Shown here: positions 38,416 through 48,700 of the stretch, piece by piece
Position numbering within the stretch: the stretch's first letter is position 1
How the letters are laid out: each line of letters opens with the position of its first letter
From: an uncultured archaeon
Lineage (GTDB): Archaea > Asgardarchaeota > Lokiarchaeia > Sigyniarchaeales > SOKP01
Assembly (NCBI GenBank): GCA_964508365.1
Contig: CAZDTP010000012.1
Span: 1 to 64,000, forward strand
DNA length: 64,000 nt
Reading direction: 5' to 3'
Translations under genes and position numbers: made by a program
Notes under the pieces: generated by a model
The model's input: only the letters and a program-made list of their open reading frames with translations
Database searches by the model: none
What the model was told of the DNA's origin: nothing

Positions 38416-38652
38416 ATGAATTTCGACCAAGAATTAAACGTGTGTGGCTTAGTTTGTCCCGTACCTGCATTGAAAACCAAGAAACAACTCATGAAGATGC
38501 GACCAGGTACAGTGTTAAAAGTAATAACAGACTATAAACCAGCATCAGAATCAGTTCCACGTGATTTAGCAAAAACTAAGCACAAGCACTTAGGAACTGA
38601 TTTTCTCGACGATGATGAGCTATGGCACATCTATTTTGAAGCAGTAAAATAA
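38416..38652 (+). CDS. tusA: Second TusA/SirA sulfur carrier
   Basis: LNVCGLVCPVP (CPxP motif). Confidence 0.9.
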   Translation: MNFDQELNVCGLVCPVPALKTKKQLMKMRPGTVLKVITDYKPASESVPRDLAKTKHKHLGTDFLDDDELWHIYFEAVK

Positions 38653-38996
38653 CAATATATAACTAGTTTTCTTTATATTTTTTTTCTTACTTATTTTTAA
38701 ATTTTCAGCACTTCAATTTAATTTTCGTATATGTGTTTAATTGATTTTGCTGATCCAAATTTAATCGTATAATTAACCTAGGTTCATATCTATATTAAGT
38801 TATGCTCTTAGAAAAAAATTAAATTAAGAAACTTTTAGAGTATTAGCAAAGAGCTAATCAATTTGTTTACTTATTATGTTTAGATATGTATTTACTCATG
38901 ATGTATGCAACTACTATATATATTGGCGTAGTAGGAAAAATATAGAAAAAAAAAAGAAAAATTTTTTGATGAAAATTACACTTTTTTCTTATTTAC

Positions 38997-41705
38997 TTAA
39001 CTTTTGGTTAATTTCTTAGTCCTCTTTCTCATCAATATTATAGAAATTCCAATGAGAGATATAATAAGAACACTCAAGTTATATCCCGGTATACCACCAT
39101 CGCCATTGGTAACTGCGGAAGTTATCTCAAAATATGCAGCACTATCATCATAGGTTGAGGGATTAGAGGAATCTTCAATGTGAATTTGATAAGAATCTGC
39201 GTAGTTTGTATAACTAGAAGCTAGCGTCCAGGAATAATTCCCATCATTCGAAGTACTTGAAGCAATAGTGCTATTATAAACTCCTAAATAATAGAGGTCA
39301 ATGTCCACATTAGCAATACTTCCCGTAGAAGTCCATGTTATGGAGTGCGTTGAACCTGCCTGCCAAGAACTTGATGCTGTAGGACTCGTAACTGTTAAGG
39401 AATCTGGTACTGTTATCTCGAAATAGTTAGCACTATAATCATAGGTTGAGGGAGTAGAGGAATCTTCAATACGAATGGTATAAGAATCTGCATAGTTTGC
39501 ATAACTAGAAGCTAGCGTCCAAGAATATGACCCGTCGTTCGAAGTACTTGAAGCAATGCTGCTATGAAAAACTCCTAAATAATAGAGGTCAATGTCCACA
39601 TTGGTAATGCTTCCCGTAGAAGTCCATGTAATTGATTGCGTTGAACCTGCCTGCCAAGAACTTGATGCTGTAGGACTCGTAACTGTTAAGGAATCTGGTA
39701 CGAGATCATCCCACCATAAATTATAGAGGTTCCCTGCATTAGCACCATAAACCCTAAGGTAATACGTTCCACTTGATGGAAGAATATAATCGATATATTC
39801 ATTATCGGTAGTGGAATAACTCCCTGTAACAAGGGTAGTACCATCGCTAGCGAAAACAGCAACATCAATATTACCAGATGCGTGACTGAAAATACAGCTT
39901 ACTATCAAATTTTCATAACCTGGGGTAATCGAGATTTGATAATAATCGTAATCTGCTTGAATTCCTGCCCCATCAACCGCAGATAACCAATCTTGCTCAT
40001 CGAATGAGATATCATAAGCAGTTAGATAACCATCATTTTCCTCGTAGTTGTCATCACTCGGTCGAGCTAAGTCATCCCACCATAAATTATATAGGTTTCC
40101 AGCGTTATCTCCATAAACTCTTAAGTAATACGTTCCACTTGACGGAAGAAGAGTATCGATGTATTCATTATCACTAGTTGAGTAGCTCCCTGCGACAAGG
40201 GTAGTACCATCACTGGCGTATATCTGAACATTAATATTTCCATCTGCATCTGTGAATTGAAGATCTACGACTAAATTCTCATAACCTCCAGTTATCGAGA
40301 TTTGGTACCAATCGTCATCTGCTTGAATTCCTGCACCATCAACCTCAGTTAACCAATCCGCTTCGCGCGATGCGATATTATATGCCGATGAATAGACATC
40401 GTTTTCCTCGTAGTTATCATCAATTGGTGGAGCTAAGTCATCCCACCATAAATCATATAGGTTCCCTGCGTTATCTCCATAAATCCTTAGGTAATACGTT
40501 CCACTTGATGCGAGTAATAAATCGATGTATTCATCATTCGTCGTTGAAATGCTAGATGTAAGAAAATTCCCTACGCTATCATAAACAGCAATGTTAATAT
40601 TACCAGCTGCGTCGCTGAAAGTAAGGGAAACAGCTAAAAGTTCTTCACCGGGGCTAATAAAGATTTCGAACCAATCATCATCGCTCTGAACACCTAATCC
40701 CAATGTCATACTACTCAACCATGTATTCTCCATTGAGGAAAGACCATAAGCAGTTGTACGAAGGTCATTCTCCTCATACCGATCATCACCAGTGGGTAAA
40801 TCATCCCACCATAGATCGTATGTATTCCCGCCATTGCCCCAATAGACTTGTATATAATAAGTCCCAGCTGAGGAAGCTGTATAATCAATAACTTCGTTGT
40901 TAGTCGTAGACCAGCTATATGTTAAGAGAGTAGTACGATCAGAATTCCAAAGATCAATATCAATATTTCCTGATACATCGTTAAAAAGACAAAATATAAG
41001 GATACGTAATGCATCAGAAGTAATAGAGATTCGATACCAGTCAGAATCCGATTGAATTCCTAATCCATTAATCGAACTTAACCATACTCGTTCATTAGTA
41101 GAAATATCAGTTGCTGTTGTATAGAGATCATTTTGTTCATAGAGATCATCTGTTGCCGCCGTACCAATATCATCCCATAGTAAATCATAAGTATTTCCTG
41201 CATTATCTCCATAAATCCAGAGGTAATAAGTTCCACTTGACGGAAGAACATAATCGATGTATTCATTATCCGTAGTTGTCGAAACTCCAGTTACATATGT
41301 CCCAACGCTATTGTAAACAGCAAGATTAATATTGCCTTCAACATCATAAAAAAGGAGGTGTACGACCAATCGTAGAAATCCTGAGGTAATATCGATTTCA
41401 AACCAGTCACTATCTTTTTGGACTCCAAAACCACCGATGTTGCTCAGCCATGTTCTCTCCATTACGGAAAGATCATAAGCTGAAGTACGAATATCATTCT
41501 CTTCATAAACATCTTCGGCTTGACTCGTTTGAAGTTTATCAAAAAGAATATCCTGTTTATAGTTCACGTCCGATTCTTCGTGTGTTTCCAATTTGGAATT
41601 TAATGCAATATTATTAACAACCATTGTGGTAGCGCTGAATAAAAGTACTAAAGTCAAAACGGTAAAAATCAATATATGTTTTTTATTAAATTTCATAATA
41701 ATCAT
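38997..41705 (-). CDS. Surface protein with five PPC-like repeats, two Ser/Thr-rich Ig-like domains and an IPGY sorting tail
   Basis: Five D.YE.ND...D.DW...SGTYYL.IYG repeats; 97-aa duplicated domain; GIPGY followed by TM and basic tail. Confidence 0.88.
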   Translation of the reverse strand: MIIMKFNKKHILIFTVLTLVLLFSATTMVVNNIALNSKLETHEESDVNYKQDILFDKLQTSQAEDVYEENDIRTSAYDLSVMERTWLSNIGGFGVQKDSDWFEIDITSGFLRLVVHLLFYDVEGNINLAVYNSVGTYVTGVSTTTDNEYIDYVLPSSGTYYLWIYGDNAGNTYDLLWDDIGTAATDDLYEQNDLYTTATDISTNERVWLSSINGLGIQSDSDWYRISITSDALRILIFCLFNDVSGNIDIDLWNSDRTTLLTYSWSTTNNEVIDYTASSAGTYYIQVYWGNGGNTYDLWWDDLPTGDDRYEENDLRTTAYGLSSMENTWLSSMTLGLGVQSDDDWFEIFISPGEELLAVSLTFSDAAGNINIAVYDSVGNFLTSSISTTNDEYIDLLLASSGTYYLRIYGDNAGNLYDLWWDDLAPPIDDNYEENDVYSSAYNIASREADWLTEVDGAGIQADDDWYQISITGGYENLVVDLQFTDADGNINVQIYASDGTTLVAGSYSTSDNEYIDTLLPSSGTYYLRVYGDNAGNLYNLWWDDLARPSDDNYEENDGYLTAYDISFDEQDWLSAVDGAGIQADYDYYQISITPGYENLIVSCIFSHASGNIDVAVFASDGTTLVTGSYSTTDNEYIDYILPSSGTYYLRVYGANAGNLYNLWWDDLVPDSLTVTSPTASSSWQAGSTQSITWTSTGSITNVDIDLYYLGVFHSSIASSTSNDGSYSWTLASSYANYADSYTIRIEDSSTPSTYDYSANYFEITVPDSLTVTSPTASSSWQAGSTHSITWTSTGSIANVDIDLYYLGVYNSTIASSTSNDGNYSWTLASSYTNYADSYQIHIEDSSNPSTYDDSAAYFEITSAVTNGDGGIPGYNLSVLIISLIGISIILMRKRTKKLTKS
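39121..39702. repeat. Tandem 291-bp intragenic duplication (97-aa Ser/Thr-rich domain)
   Basis: 39121..39411 versus 39412..39702, with long identical stretches. Confidence 0.85.
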
Positions 41706-41822
41706 TAATACCCTTATTTATTTAAACTTAACATAACATAATTATCAAAATAATCTGTTAAAATTCTTTCATTATAAAAATCTGAGAATATAATTAAAGA
41801 TGCTCAAATTCGCTTATTACTA

Positions 41823-42005
41823 TTAAAAATAGCCTACTATTGAGACATAATACTTCAAACTAACAAATATTACATAAATTAAGGTGATAAGTGGGATATC
41901 TACAAGGAGATAAGAACGATGGGAACCGGTTACTTTGTATCTTCTCGCACAGTAATAGGTCAAAAGAAACATAAACAATCCGTAATATAGTAATCTTGCG
42001 CTCAA
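41823..42005 (-). CDS. Possible small membrane protein or remnant
   Basis: Hydrophobic ORF. The open frame extends upstream to about 42088 without an ATG. Confidence 0.3.
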   Translation of the reverse strand: MSARLLYYGLFMFLLTYYCARRYKVTGSHRSYLLVDIPLITLIYVIFVSLKYYVSIVGYF

Positions 42006-42168
42006 TTTATCTATATCAGGTGTATTAAGTAAAAAAAAGCTAGTTACACTATTAAGTATCCAAAGAATTATCTTTTTGATTTTAATTCAATTATAAATTA
42101 AACTTTTATATTGAATATTACTTCATATAACTTACACATAGTATTTTTTAAAAACAATGTGATTTAAT

Positions 42169-42399
42169 ATGGCATGGACACCACCAACTAAATTTATAGT
42201 TATTCTAAGCTTCCTTTTAATGGCATTTGGTGTATTTATTATACTTGACCAATCTCTTATACTTTGGAGCCCGTGTTTTTTACCGATTTTTAATCTTGCC
42301 GATTTTAACTCTTTCGAATCATGGATAGTGATTGCGGCAATAGTTGTCTTTTTATCCTGGTTTATTTTTTTCCTTGGAGTTTGGTTTAAAGGCTTATAA
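42169..42399 (+). CDS. Small two-TM membrane protein
   Basis: MAWTPPTK followed by two hydrophobic helices. Confidence 0.7.
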   Translation: MAWTPPTKFIVILSFLLMAFGVFIILDQSLILWSPCFLPIFNLADFNSFESWIVIAAIVVFLSWFIFFLGVWFKGL

Positions 42400-42487
42400 A
42401 TTCTAATTTTTCAACATTTTTTTTTATACTTTATTTCTGAGGTGGACTAACTTCTTTATTGTTGAACATGCAAAAAGAATTCCTATA

Positions 42488-42634
42488 ATGGCAAAAACAG
42501 ATGTTTAGATTGTTGGTGGGGGACCTGCGGGACTTGTTGCTGCAATTTCGATTAAAGACAAAATTAGTTGCAGAGATGTCGATATTTTTAAAGTCCAGAA
42601 AACCCTTGAAAATCAAGGTATACGAATAAATTAA
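42488..42634 (+). pseudogene. N-terminal remnant of an FAD-dependent oxidoreductase
   Basis: MAKTDV*IVGGGPAGLVAAISIK...: GxGxxG Rossmann start with a TAG at 42506..42508, truncated at 49 codons. Confidence 0.8.
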
Positions 42635-42656
42635 ATAATTCAAAAATGTGAAATTT

Positions 42657-43412
42657 TTAACTTAATTCTTTAAAATAACATACTAATCCTCCAAATTTAT
42701 CTACGATAGCACCAGCCTCAGATTCTTTACTGACGATTTTAGTTTTAATCTCAAGATTTTTTGCGATTTGCAAAATTCGATGGGTTTTGCTTCTATTTTT
42801 TGGATTTTTTAGATATTCTTCAGTTAGAATTATATAATTTGGCTTAGGTAAATTAGGATTTTGCTTAATAAGTTTTAGTTCATGATCGATTTCTCTCCAT
42901 GTATAAAGAATCTTTGAAAACTTTTCATTTTTATTAATGACCTCAGTCAGTTCTTCTATTATCAACAAACCCTCTTGATTTGAAGTTTCATTAACGATGT
43001 CTTTAAAATAATCCTGAGTTTTTAGGTAATATACATCCTTTTGATTCTTCGCTTGATTACCTATGATCTTAGAAAAGACAACCTGTTTATCTCCTTTTTT
43101 TAACAACCATGAATGATGCTTATTAATATGATTGAGAAACTCATCTGAATATTTTTCTTTTGGTGGGGAGAGCAGTATTACACTTCTGATACCTTCATTA
43201 AACATAGGTCTTAATATGTTAATGATTTCCTCATGAAAATGATATAGTTGCTTTTCATTTTGGTTTCTTCTCTTCCTTCCACGATTTATTTTGACGTGTA
43301 GCCTAATAGTCTCACTGAATATCCTCCAAAATACCGCATCAGTATCATGCAGGCCAATAAGAATTGCAATTGGATGACCGCGTTTTGTACGTTTTATTCT
43401 TTTTTTAGCCAT
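42657..43412 (-). CDS. Pelota/aRF1-like protein (domains 2-3 only)
   Basis: C-terminal SKESEAGAIVDKFGGLVCYF resembles the eRF1/pelota domain-3 end; no N-terminal domain 1. Confidence 0.6.
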   Translation of the reverse strand: MAKKRIKRTKRGHPIAILIGLHDTDAVFWRIFSETIRLHVKINRGRKRRNQNEKQLYHFHEEIINILRPMFNEGIRSVILLSPPKEKYSDEFLNHINKHHSWLLKKGDKQVVFSKIIGNQAKNQKDVYYLKTQDYFKDIVNETSNQEGLLIIEELTEVINKNEKFSKILYTWREIDHELKLIKQNPNLPKPNYIILTEEYLKNPKNRSKTHRILQIAKNLEIKTKIVSKESEAGAIVDKFGGLVCYFKELS

Positions 43413-43582
43413 GATAAAATAGTAAATTTAATGTTTCCTAACTTTTTTAAATTCTGAATTAGCAAAGAAAAAGAGAAATATGGACTTCTTTAATTTACAT
43501 AAATTTAAACAGGTAGTACTTTAAAATTCAAATTCTGAGTATTATGGATCCAGATTTTTTAAAAAAAAAAATTAGTTTATAT

Positions 43583-46500
43583 TTATACTTCTACTCCAGC
43601 TTTTCGTCTTCTAAGTAATAAAACAACAGTTACAACAGCTACTCCGGCAACGATTGATATAACGATTATAATTATAACAACGAAATTATCTTCAGGTGGT
43701 GGAAGACTCTTAACTACATCCACGCTTTCAGAAGCAAGATTGCCTAGCGTATCGTTAGCATAGAACGTAATGGTAACGGTCCCCTCTGCTAAAGCAGTCC
43801 ATGCTGCTTGGTTAATAGTGCTGTTGTCAGTAAACAAGAAATTAGTTGTTCCACCGTCAAGAGAATACCACATGGAATCTAAATCGTCGTCTGAAATTTC
43901 AACTACGAAACTTGGAGCGCTAGCGCTAAAAATGTCGGCTGTTTGAGGAGAAATGATAACTATAAGTGGTGCTTGGCTATTTTTTTCAATTGAAACTTCA
44001 GCAGTGCCCATATTTCCAGGTATATCTGACGCATAGAATTTTAATGTGATTAATCCATCTGACATTGCATCCCAAGCAGATTGATCAATAGTTCCAGTAG
44101 ATCCAGTGAAGGAGTAGTTATGTAATCCTCCATCAATTGTATACCACATTACATCTAAAAATGTATCGGTAATCGTAACGCTAAAACTAGGAGCGTTAAC
44201 ACCAAAAATGTCGTCTGTATTAGGAGAATTAATAGTAATAATTGGTTCTTGACTGTCTTTATCTATACTCGCGCTTTCAGACGCAAGATTGCCTACCGTA
44301 TCGTTTGCATAGAAGAAGATAGTAATAGGCCCATCCGATAAAGCGCTCCATACTGCTTGGTCAATAGTGCCATTGGTCGTAAACAAGAAATTGGTTATTC
44401 CACCGTCGAGAGAATACCACATGGAGTCTAAATTAGCATCTGAGATTTCAACGACGAAACTGGGAGCGCTTGCACCAAAGGTATCATCCGTATGAGGAGA
44501 ATTAATTACTATAATAGGTGCTAGACTATCTTTTTCTATATTCACGCTTTCAGACGCAAGATTGCCTACCGTATCGTTTGCATAGAAGAAGATAGTAATA
44601 GGCCCATCCGATAAAGCGCTCCATACTGCTTGGTCAATAGTGCCATTGGTGACAAATAAGAAGGTAGTTGTTCCACCGTCAAGAGAATACCACATGGAGT
44701 CTAAATTGTCGTCTGAGATTTCAACTATGAAACTTGGAGCAGTTACACCAAAGGTATCATCCGTATGAGGAGAATTGACAACAATGAGAGGTCCCTGAGT
44801 ATCCTTTTCTATATTAACGGTAGCAGAGCCTACATTTCCGGGAAGGTCTAATGCGTAGAAGGTTAATACAATCGCACCATTTGGCATAGCACCCCACACA
44901 GATTGATCAATAGTTCCAGTAGATCCAGTAAAGGTGTAGTTATGTAATCCTCCGTCAATTGTATACCACATATCGTCTAGAAAAGTATCGGTAATCGTAA
45001 CGCTAAAACTGGGAGCGCTAGTACCAAAAACATCATCTTCAGAAGGAGAATTTATCACTATTGAAGGCGGTCCATCTTCAGCTATTGGCAAGTAATCTAT
45101 ACTACCTGCACCACCCGCAATAAATGTATAGGGGTTATCTACGATTCCGTCATTAGGGCTTGTATCCGGTCCAGTATGATTACTCCAGTAATTACCTATC
45201 GTTGTAGAATTCCAGTCATTATTAGCTCCATCATCAAATGCATGTCTATTGTTACCACTAAAGTAATTTCTATAAATTAAATTATTGGAAGATCCTGAAT
45301 CTACATGGAGTCCATCCATAACATTATCAAGTAAATAATTATCATAGATGGTAGCATAATCACTAATCCAAATAGATATACCGTGTTCATAATTACCTTC
45401 TGCAACTGATCCCTCGATTGTATTATACATACTATTGTATACGACAATCCCGCTCAAGGTGTTGTTAACGACTATATTTCCTAAAAGGATGTTATCATCG
45501 CTGCTATCTGCTATTGCAATACCAAATTGCAGATTTTTTAAGGCGGTATTACCCGAAATAGTGTTATTATCCGCTCCAGAGATATATATCCCTTGCCAAC
45601 AATTTTCTATTATATTCCCATGAATAGTATTGTTAGTAAAACTACCCTGCATTGCAACCCCCGAACCTGTTCCATCACCATAAATTCTATTCCCTAATAT
45701 TTCGTTGTAAGAACCGTACATATAAATTCCATATTGGTGGCCATTAAGGATGTTACCAGAAACTACATTGTGATCACTTAATGTTGCATAGATGGCAGCA
45801 AATCCATGGTCATTTAGAGCATTATTCATTATATTCCCATTAGTAACATTGAGTAGGCGAATTCCCCCGCTAGAAAAGAGCGACTTATTAAGGGTACAAC
45901 CTTGAATTATAAAGTATTTCTCAGAATTAGAAATTGAGATACAACCATCTGTAAAATTTGCATCGATTTTCAAATTTTCAATTATATAAGGATCTAATTC
46001 AGTCCCAGAACCGCTACACCACGCTTGACTTGCTGCCCAAGTCCAGTTATTTAAACTCCCTGGAAGGTCATTGATTGCAATAGGTCCTTGTAGATTCCAA
46101 ATCGGCAAGTAATCTAAGCTCCCACCAGAGGGAGGAACATCATATGGAGTATCTCCGATGCCATCTAAATCCATGTCATATCCAATATAATCGTCCCAAT
46201 AATTTCCAATCAAGGTATTGTTCCAATCGTTATTTGCACCATTATCAACAGCACTATCAGTATTATTTATGAAATAATTCTGATAAAGTAAATTTCCGTC
46301 AGAGTTTAAGCTTACATAGATTCCAGTATTATCGTTTTCCCTTAGTTCATTATCATAGATAATGCTATCATCACTATTTTCTAAATTTATTCCATGTAGC
46401 ATATTATCAGTTGCAATATTACCTTCAATTGTACTTTCATGGCTCGAAATTGTATAAATTCCACTCAATACGTTATTTTCTACTTTATTCCCTGATAGAA

Positions 46501-48517
46501 CAGTATAATAACTACCTTGCAATACAATGATTCCGTTTTGTAAATTATCGGATGCTTCGTTTCCAAAAAGAGTGGTATTTTGAGCGCCTAATACCCCAAT
46601 TCCTTGCCAACAGTCTTTTATAGTATTTTCAGTAATAATGTTGTAATCAAAGTCCCAAATTACAATACCCGTCCCTGTACCATCTCCATATATTTCGTTA
46701 TCAATAAATTCGTTGTAAGAACCTGTAGTGTATATTCCATGTCGGCTATTAGTAAGTAAATTTCCTGAGACTATATTATGATCACTTGAAGATAAAAGCA
46801 TTGCTGAATCTCGATGGTTATCAAAAGAGTTATCGACTATATTTCCATTTGTAACATTAAAAAGATAAATGCCTGCATCAGTACCAGATAAGACCGAGTT
46901 ATTGAGTGTACAATGCTGAATTGTAAAGTAAGCCTCAGAATTTGAAATCGAAATGCAACTATCAATAAGATTGCCATCTACAATTAAATCTTCTAAAATA
47001 TAAGGATCTAATTCAGTTCCAGAGCCACTACACCAAGCTTGACTTTCTGCCCAAGTCCAATTATTTAGACTGCCAGGAAAGTCATTAATTGTTATTGGCC
47101 CTTTTATGTCCCAAATTGGTAAATAATCGAAATTTCCAGCGCTCCCGGCAATACTATATGGATCATCACCGATTCCATCTAAATCTAAATCGTATCCAGT
47201 ATAATCATCCCAATAATTTCCAATAACAGTATTGTTCCAATCATTATTATTCCCACTATCATAAGCATGCCCGAGATTTGGATTTGTAAAGTAATTATTA
47301 TAGAGAAGATTATTATCACCATATATTTCTACTCCATACCAACCATTATTATCAAAGATATTTCCGGTAAACGTGTTGTTTTCACTAGTTGAAGTTGAAT
47401 ATATTCCTCTCCAACTATTATTGTATATTTCATTACTTGAAAAAAGTATTCCATCAGCGTCCGATAACTGTATACCATCAGTATCACTATTCAAAATAGA
47501 ACTATTGAGAACTTGTCCATTAGTGACATTACTTAAAAAAAGCCCTACAGCACCTAATTTTGAATTTCTAATTGTACAATTATCAATGATAAAATGTCTT
47601 CTGGAATTTAAAATACTAAAGCAGGCTAATCCCGCTAGAGATTTAAATGTCTGGTCTTCAATAATGTATGGGGCTCCTGGCGTACCAGATCCGCCTCCAA
47701 ACCAAGGTTGAGTAGCAGCCCATGACCAATTCGTCAAACTTCCTGGAAGATCATCAATTACAATATCGTAAAATACTCCATAAGGTTGTTCATAAGTAAA
47801 TAATATTGTAAAATCATCAGTTAAATTGTTTAAGCCTTGATACGAATTATAATATTGTACGTCCGCGCCCAAATTTAATCCACATGTATATCCACCTTCT
47901 GTATAGTTAAGATAATCGTAGTTAAAGATTATTTCTCCCGATTCATGCAATACCACTTCAAACGTTCCAACTAAGGGACCTGATGGGTAGTGTATTATAT
48001 TTCGCCATTCAGCAACCCAATAAGTGCCAAAAGATTGCACAGTAATATTTCCACTTCCTCCGCCAGAATAAGGGATTAGATCATCCCAAAATGGAGCGAT
48101 TAAATAATAATTTTCAAGGTCTCCCGATGGAATTGGATCGTTACTAAAATCACTGGGAGAAGAATCATTGAAACTAAGATACCCGTTTGCTCCTAGATAG
48201 ATTGTTGAAAAGGTTTCATTGTAGAATCGAAAATCAAAAGGTAAAGATTGGGTCGAAAAACCATCATCAGTTAAAAAAAGTTCTGTTCCCCCTGAAACAT
48301 CGATCCAATTATATGCATAACCTGTCGTCATTGTATAATTTTGTAGAGAGCTAATTGACGCCGTTGCGAGATTATTTTCTATATTGAATTCGTCAGGGAT
48401 AGGAGGAGCATAAGCAGTGAAATTATTGGCCCCATATTCAATTGAAGTCCACATAAAGACAATGATCAATGAAGTTAAAATAATTTTTTTAGTTGTTTTT
48501 GTTTTTAAATAACTCAT
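43583..48517 (-). CDS. Giant surface protein: NIDO-like domain, three PbH1/NosD modules, five Ig-like repeats, TM anchor
   Basis: LPFDFRFY...IYLGANGYLSF...IAPFWDDL; three GNYWDDY/NYWSN-terminated beta-helix blocks; 273-bp SMWYSLDGG repeats. Confidence 0.9.
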   Translation of the reverse strand: MSYLKTKTTKKIILTSLIIVFMWTSIEYGANNFTAYAPPIPDEFNIENNLATASISSLQNYTMTTGYAYNWIDVSGGTELFLTDDGFSTQSLPFDFRFYNETFSTIYLGANGYLSFNDSSPSDFSNDPIPSGDLENYYLIAPFWDDLIPYSGGGSGNITVQSFGTYWVAEWRNIIHYPSGPLVGTFEVVLHESGEIIFNYDYLNYTEGGYTCGLNLGADVQYYNSYQGLNNLTDDFTILFTYEQPYGVFYDIVIDDLPGSLTNWSWAATQPWFGGGSGTPGAPYIIEDQTFKSLAGLACFSILNSRRHFIIDNCTIRNSKLGAVGLFLSNVTNGQVLNSSILNSDTDGIQLSDADGILFSSNEIYNNSWRGIYSTSTSENNTFTGNIFDNNGWYGVEIYGDNNLLYNNYFTNPNLGHAYDSGNNNDWNNTVIGNYWDDYTGYDLDLDGIGDDPYSIAGSAGNFDYLPIWDIKGPITINDFPGSLNNWTWAESQAWCSGSGTELDPYILEDLIVDGNLIDSCISISNSEAYFTIQHCTLNNSVLSGTDAGIYLFNVTNGNIVDNSFDNHRDSAMLLSSSDHNIVSGNLLTNSRHGIYTTGSYNEFIDNEIYGDGTGTGIVIWDFDYNIITENTIKDCWQGIGVLGAQNTTLFGNEASDNLQNGIIVLQGSYYTVLSGNKVENNVLSGIYTISSHESTIEGNIATDNMLHGINLENSDDSIIYDNELRENDNTGIYVSLNSDGNLLYQNYFINNTDSAVDNGANNDWNNTLIGNYWDDYIGYDMDLDGIGDTPYDVPPSGGSLDYLPIWNLQGPIAINDLPGSLNNWTWAASQAWCSGSGTELDPYIIENLKIDANFTDGCISISNSEKYFIIQGCTLNKSLFSSGGIRLLNVTNGNIMNNALNDHGFAAIYATLSDHNVVSGNILNGHQYGIYMYGSYNEILGNRIYGDGTGSGVAMQGSFTNNTIHGNIIENCWQGIYISGADNNTISGNTALKNLQFGIAIADSSDDNILLGNIVVNNTLSGIVVYNSMYNTIEGSVAEGNYEHGISIWISDYATIYDNYLLDNVMDGLHVDSGSSNNLIYRNYFSGNNRHAFDDGANNDWNSTTIGNYWSNHTGPDTSPNDGIVDNPYTFIAGGAGSIDYLPIAEDGPPSIVINSPSEDDVFGTSAPSFSVTITDTFLDDMWYTIDGGLHNYTFTGSTGTIDQSVWGAMPNGAIVLTFYALDLPGNVGSATVNIEKDTQGPLIVVNSPHTDDTFGVTAPSFIVEISDDNLDSMWYSLDGGTTTFLFVTNGTIDQAVWSALSDGPITIFFYANDTVGNLASESVNIEKDSLAPIIVINSPHTDDTFGASAPSFVVEISDANLDSMWYSLDGGITNFLFTTNGTIDQAVWSALSDGPITIFFYANDTVGNLASESASIDKDSQEPIITINSPNTDDIFGVNAPSFSVTITDTFLDVMWYTIDGGLHNYSFTGSTGTIDQSAWDAMSDGLITLKFYASDIPGNMGTAEVSIEKNSQAPLIVIISPQTADIFSASAPSFVVEISDDDLDSMWYSLDGGTTNFLFTDNSTINQAAWTALAEGTVTITFYANDTLGNLASESVDVVKSLPPPEDNFVVIIIIVISIVAGVAVVTVVLLLRRRKAGVEV
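44272..44650. repeat. Identical intragenic repeat (about 105 bp, 273-bp period)
   Basis: CGCTTTCAGACGCAAGATTGCC...ATAGTGCCATTGGT at 44272 and 44545. Confidence 0.85.
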
Positions 48518-48700
48518 TTTTTATTTCGCACTCTTTTGTGATTAAAAATGATTTTTTTTAGATTATCGTTGAGTTATCTTAATTATTAGCAGTATAAAAA
48601 GTTGAGTGAACTAATTATTATTATAAAATGATTAGAGATTTTTAGGAAAAGGGAAGGAACTTAATATTACAAGTTGTAAAAGCATACCTTCAGCTTATTT

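Noticed and set aside
28808-38652. Canonical sHdr sulfur-oxidation cluster or an MvhADG-Hdr hydrogenase
   Set aside because: There is no second hdrCB pair, no lipoate-binding protein and no [NiFe] large subunit, and HdrA is the long methanogen type.
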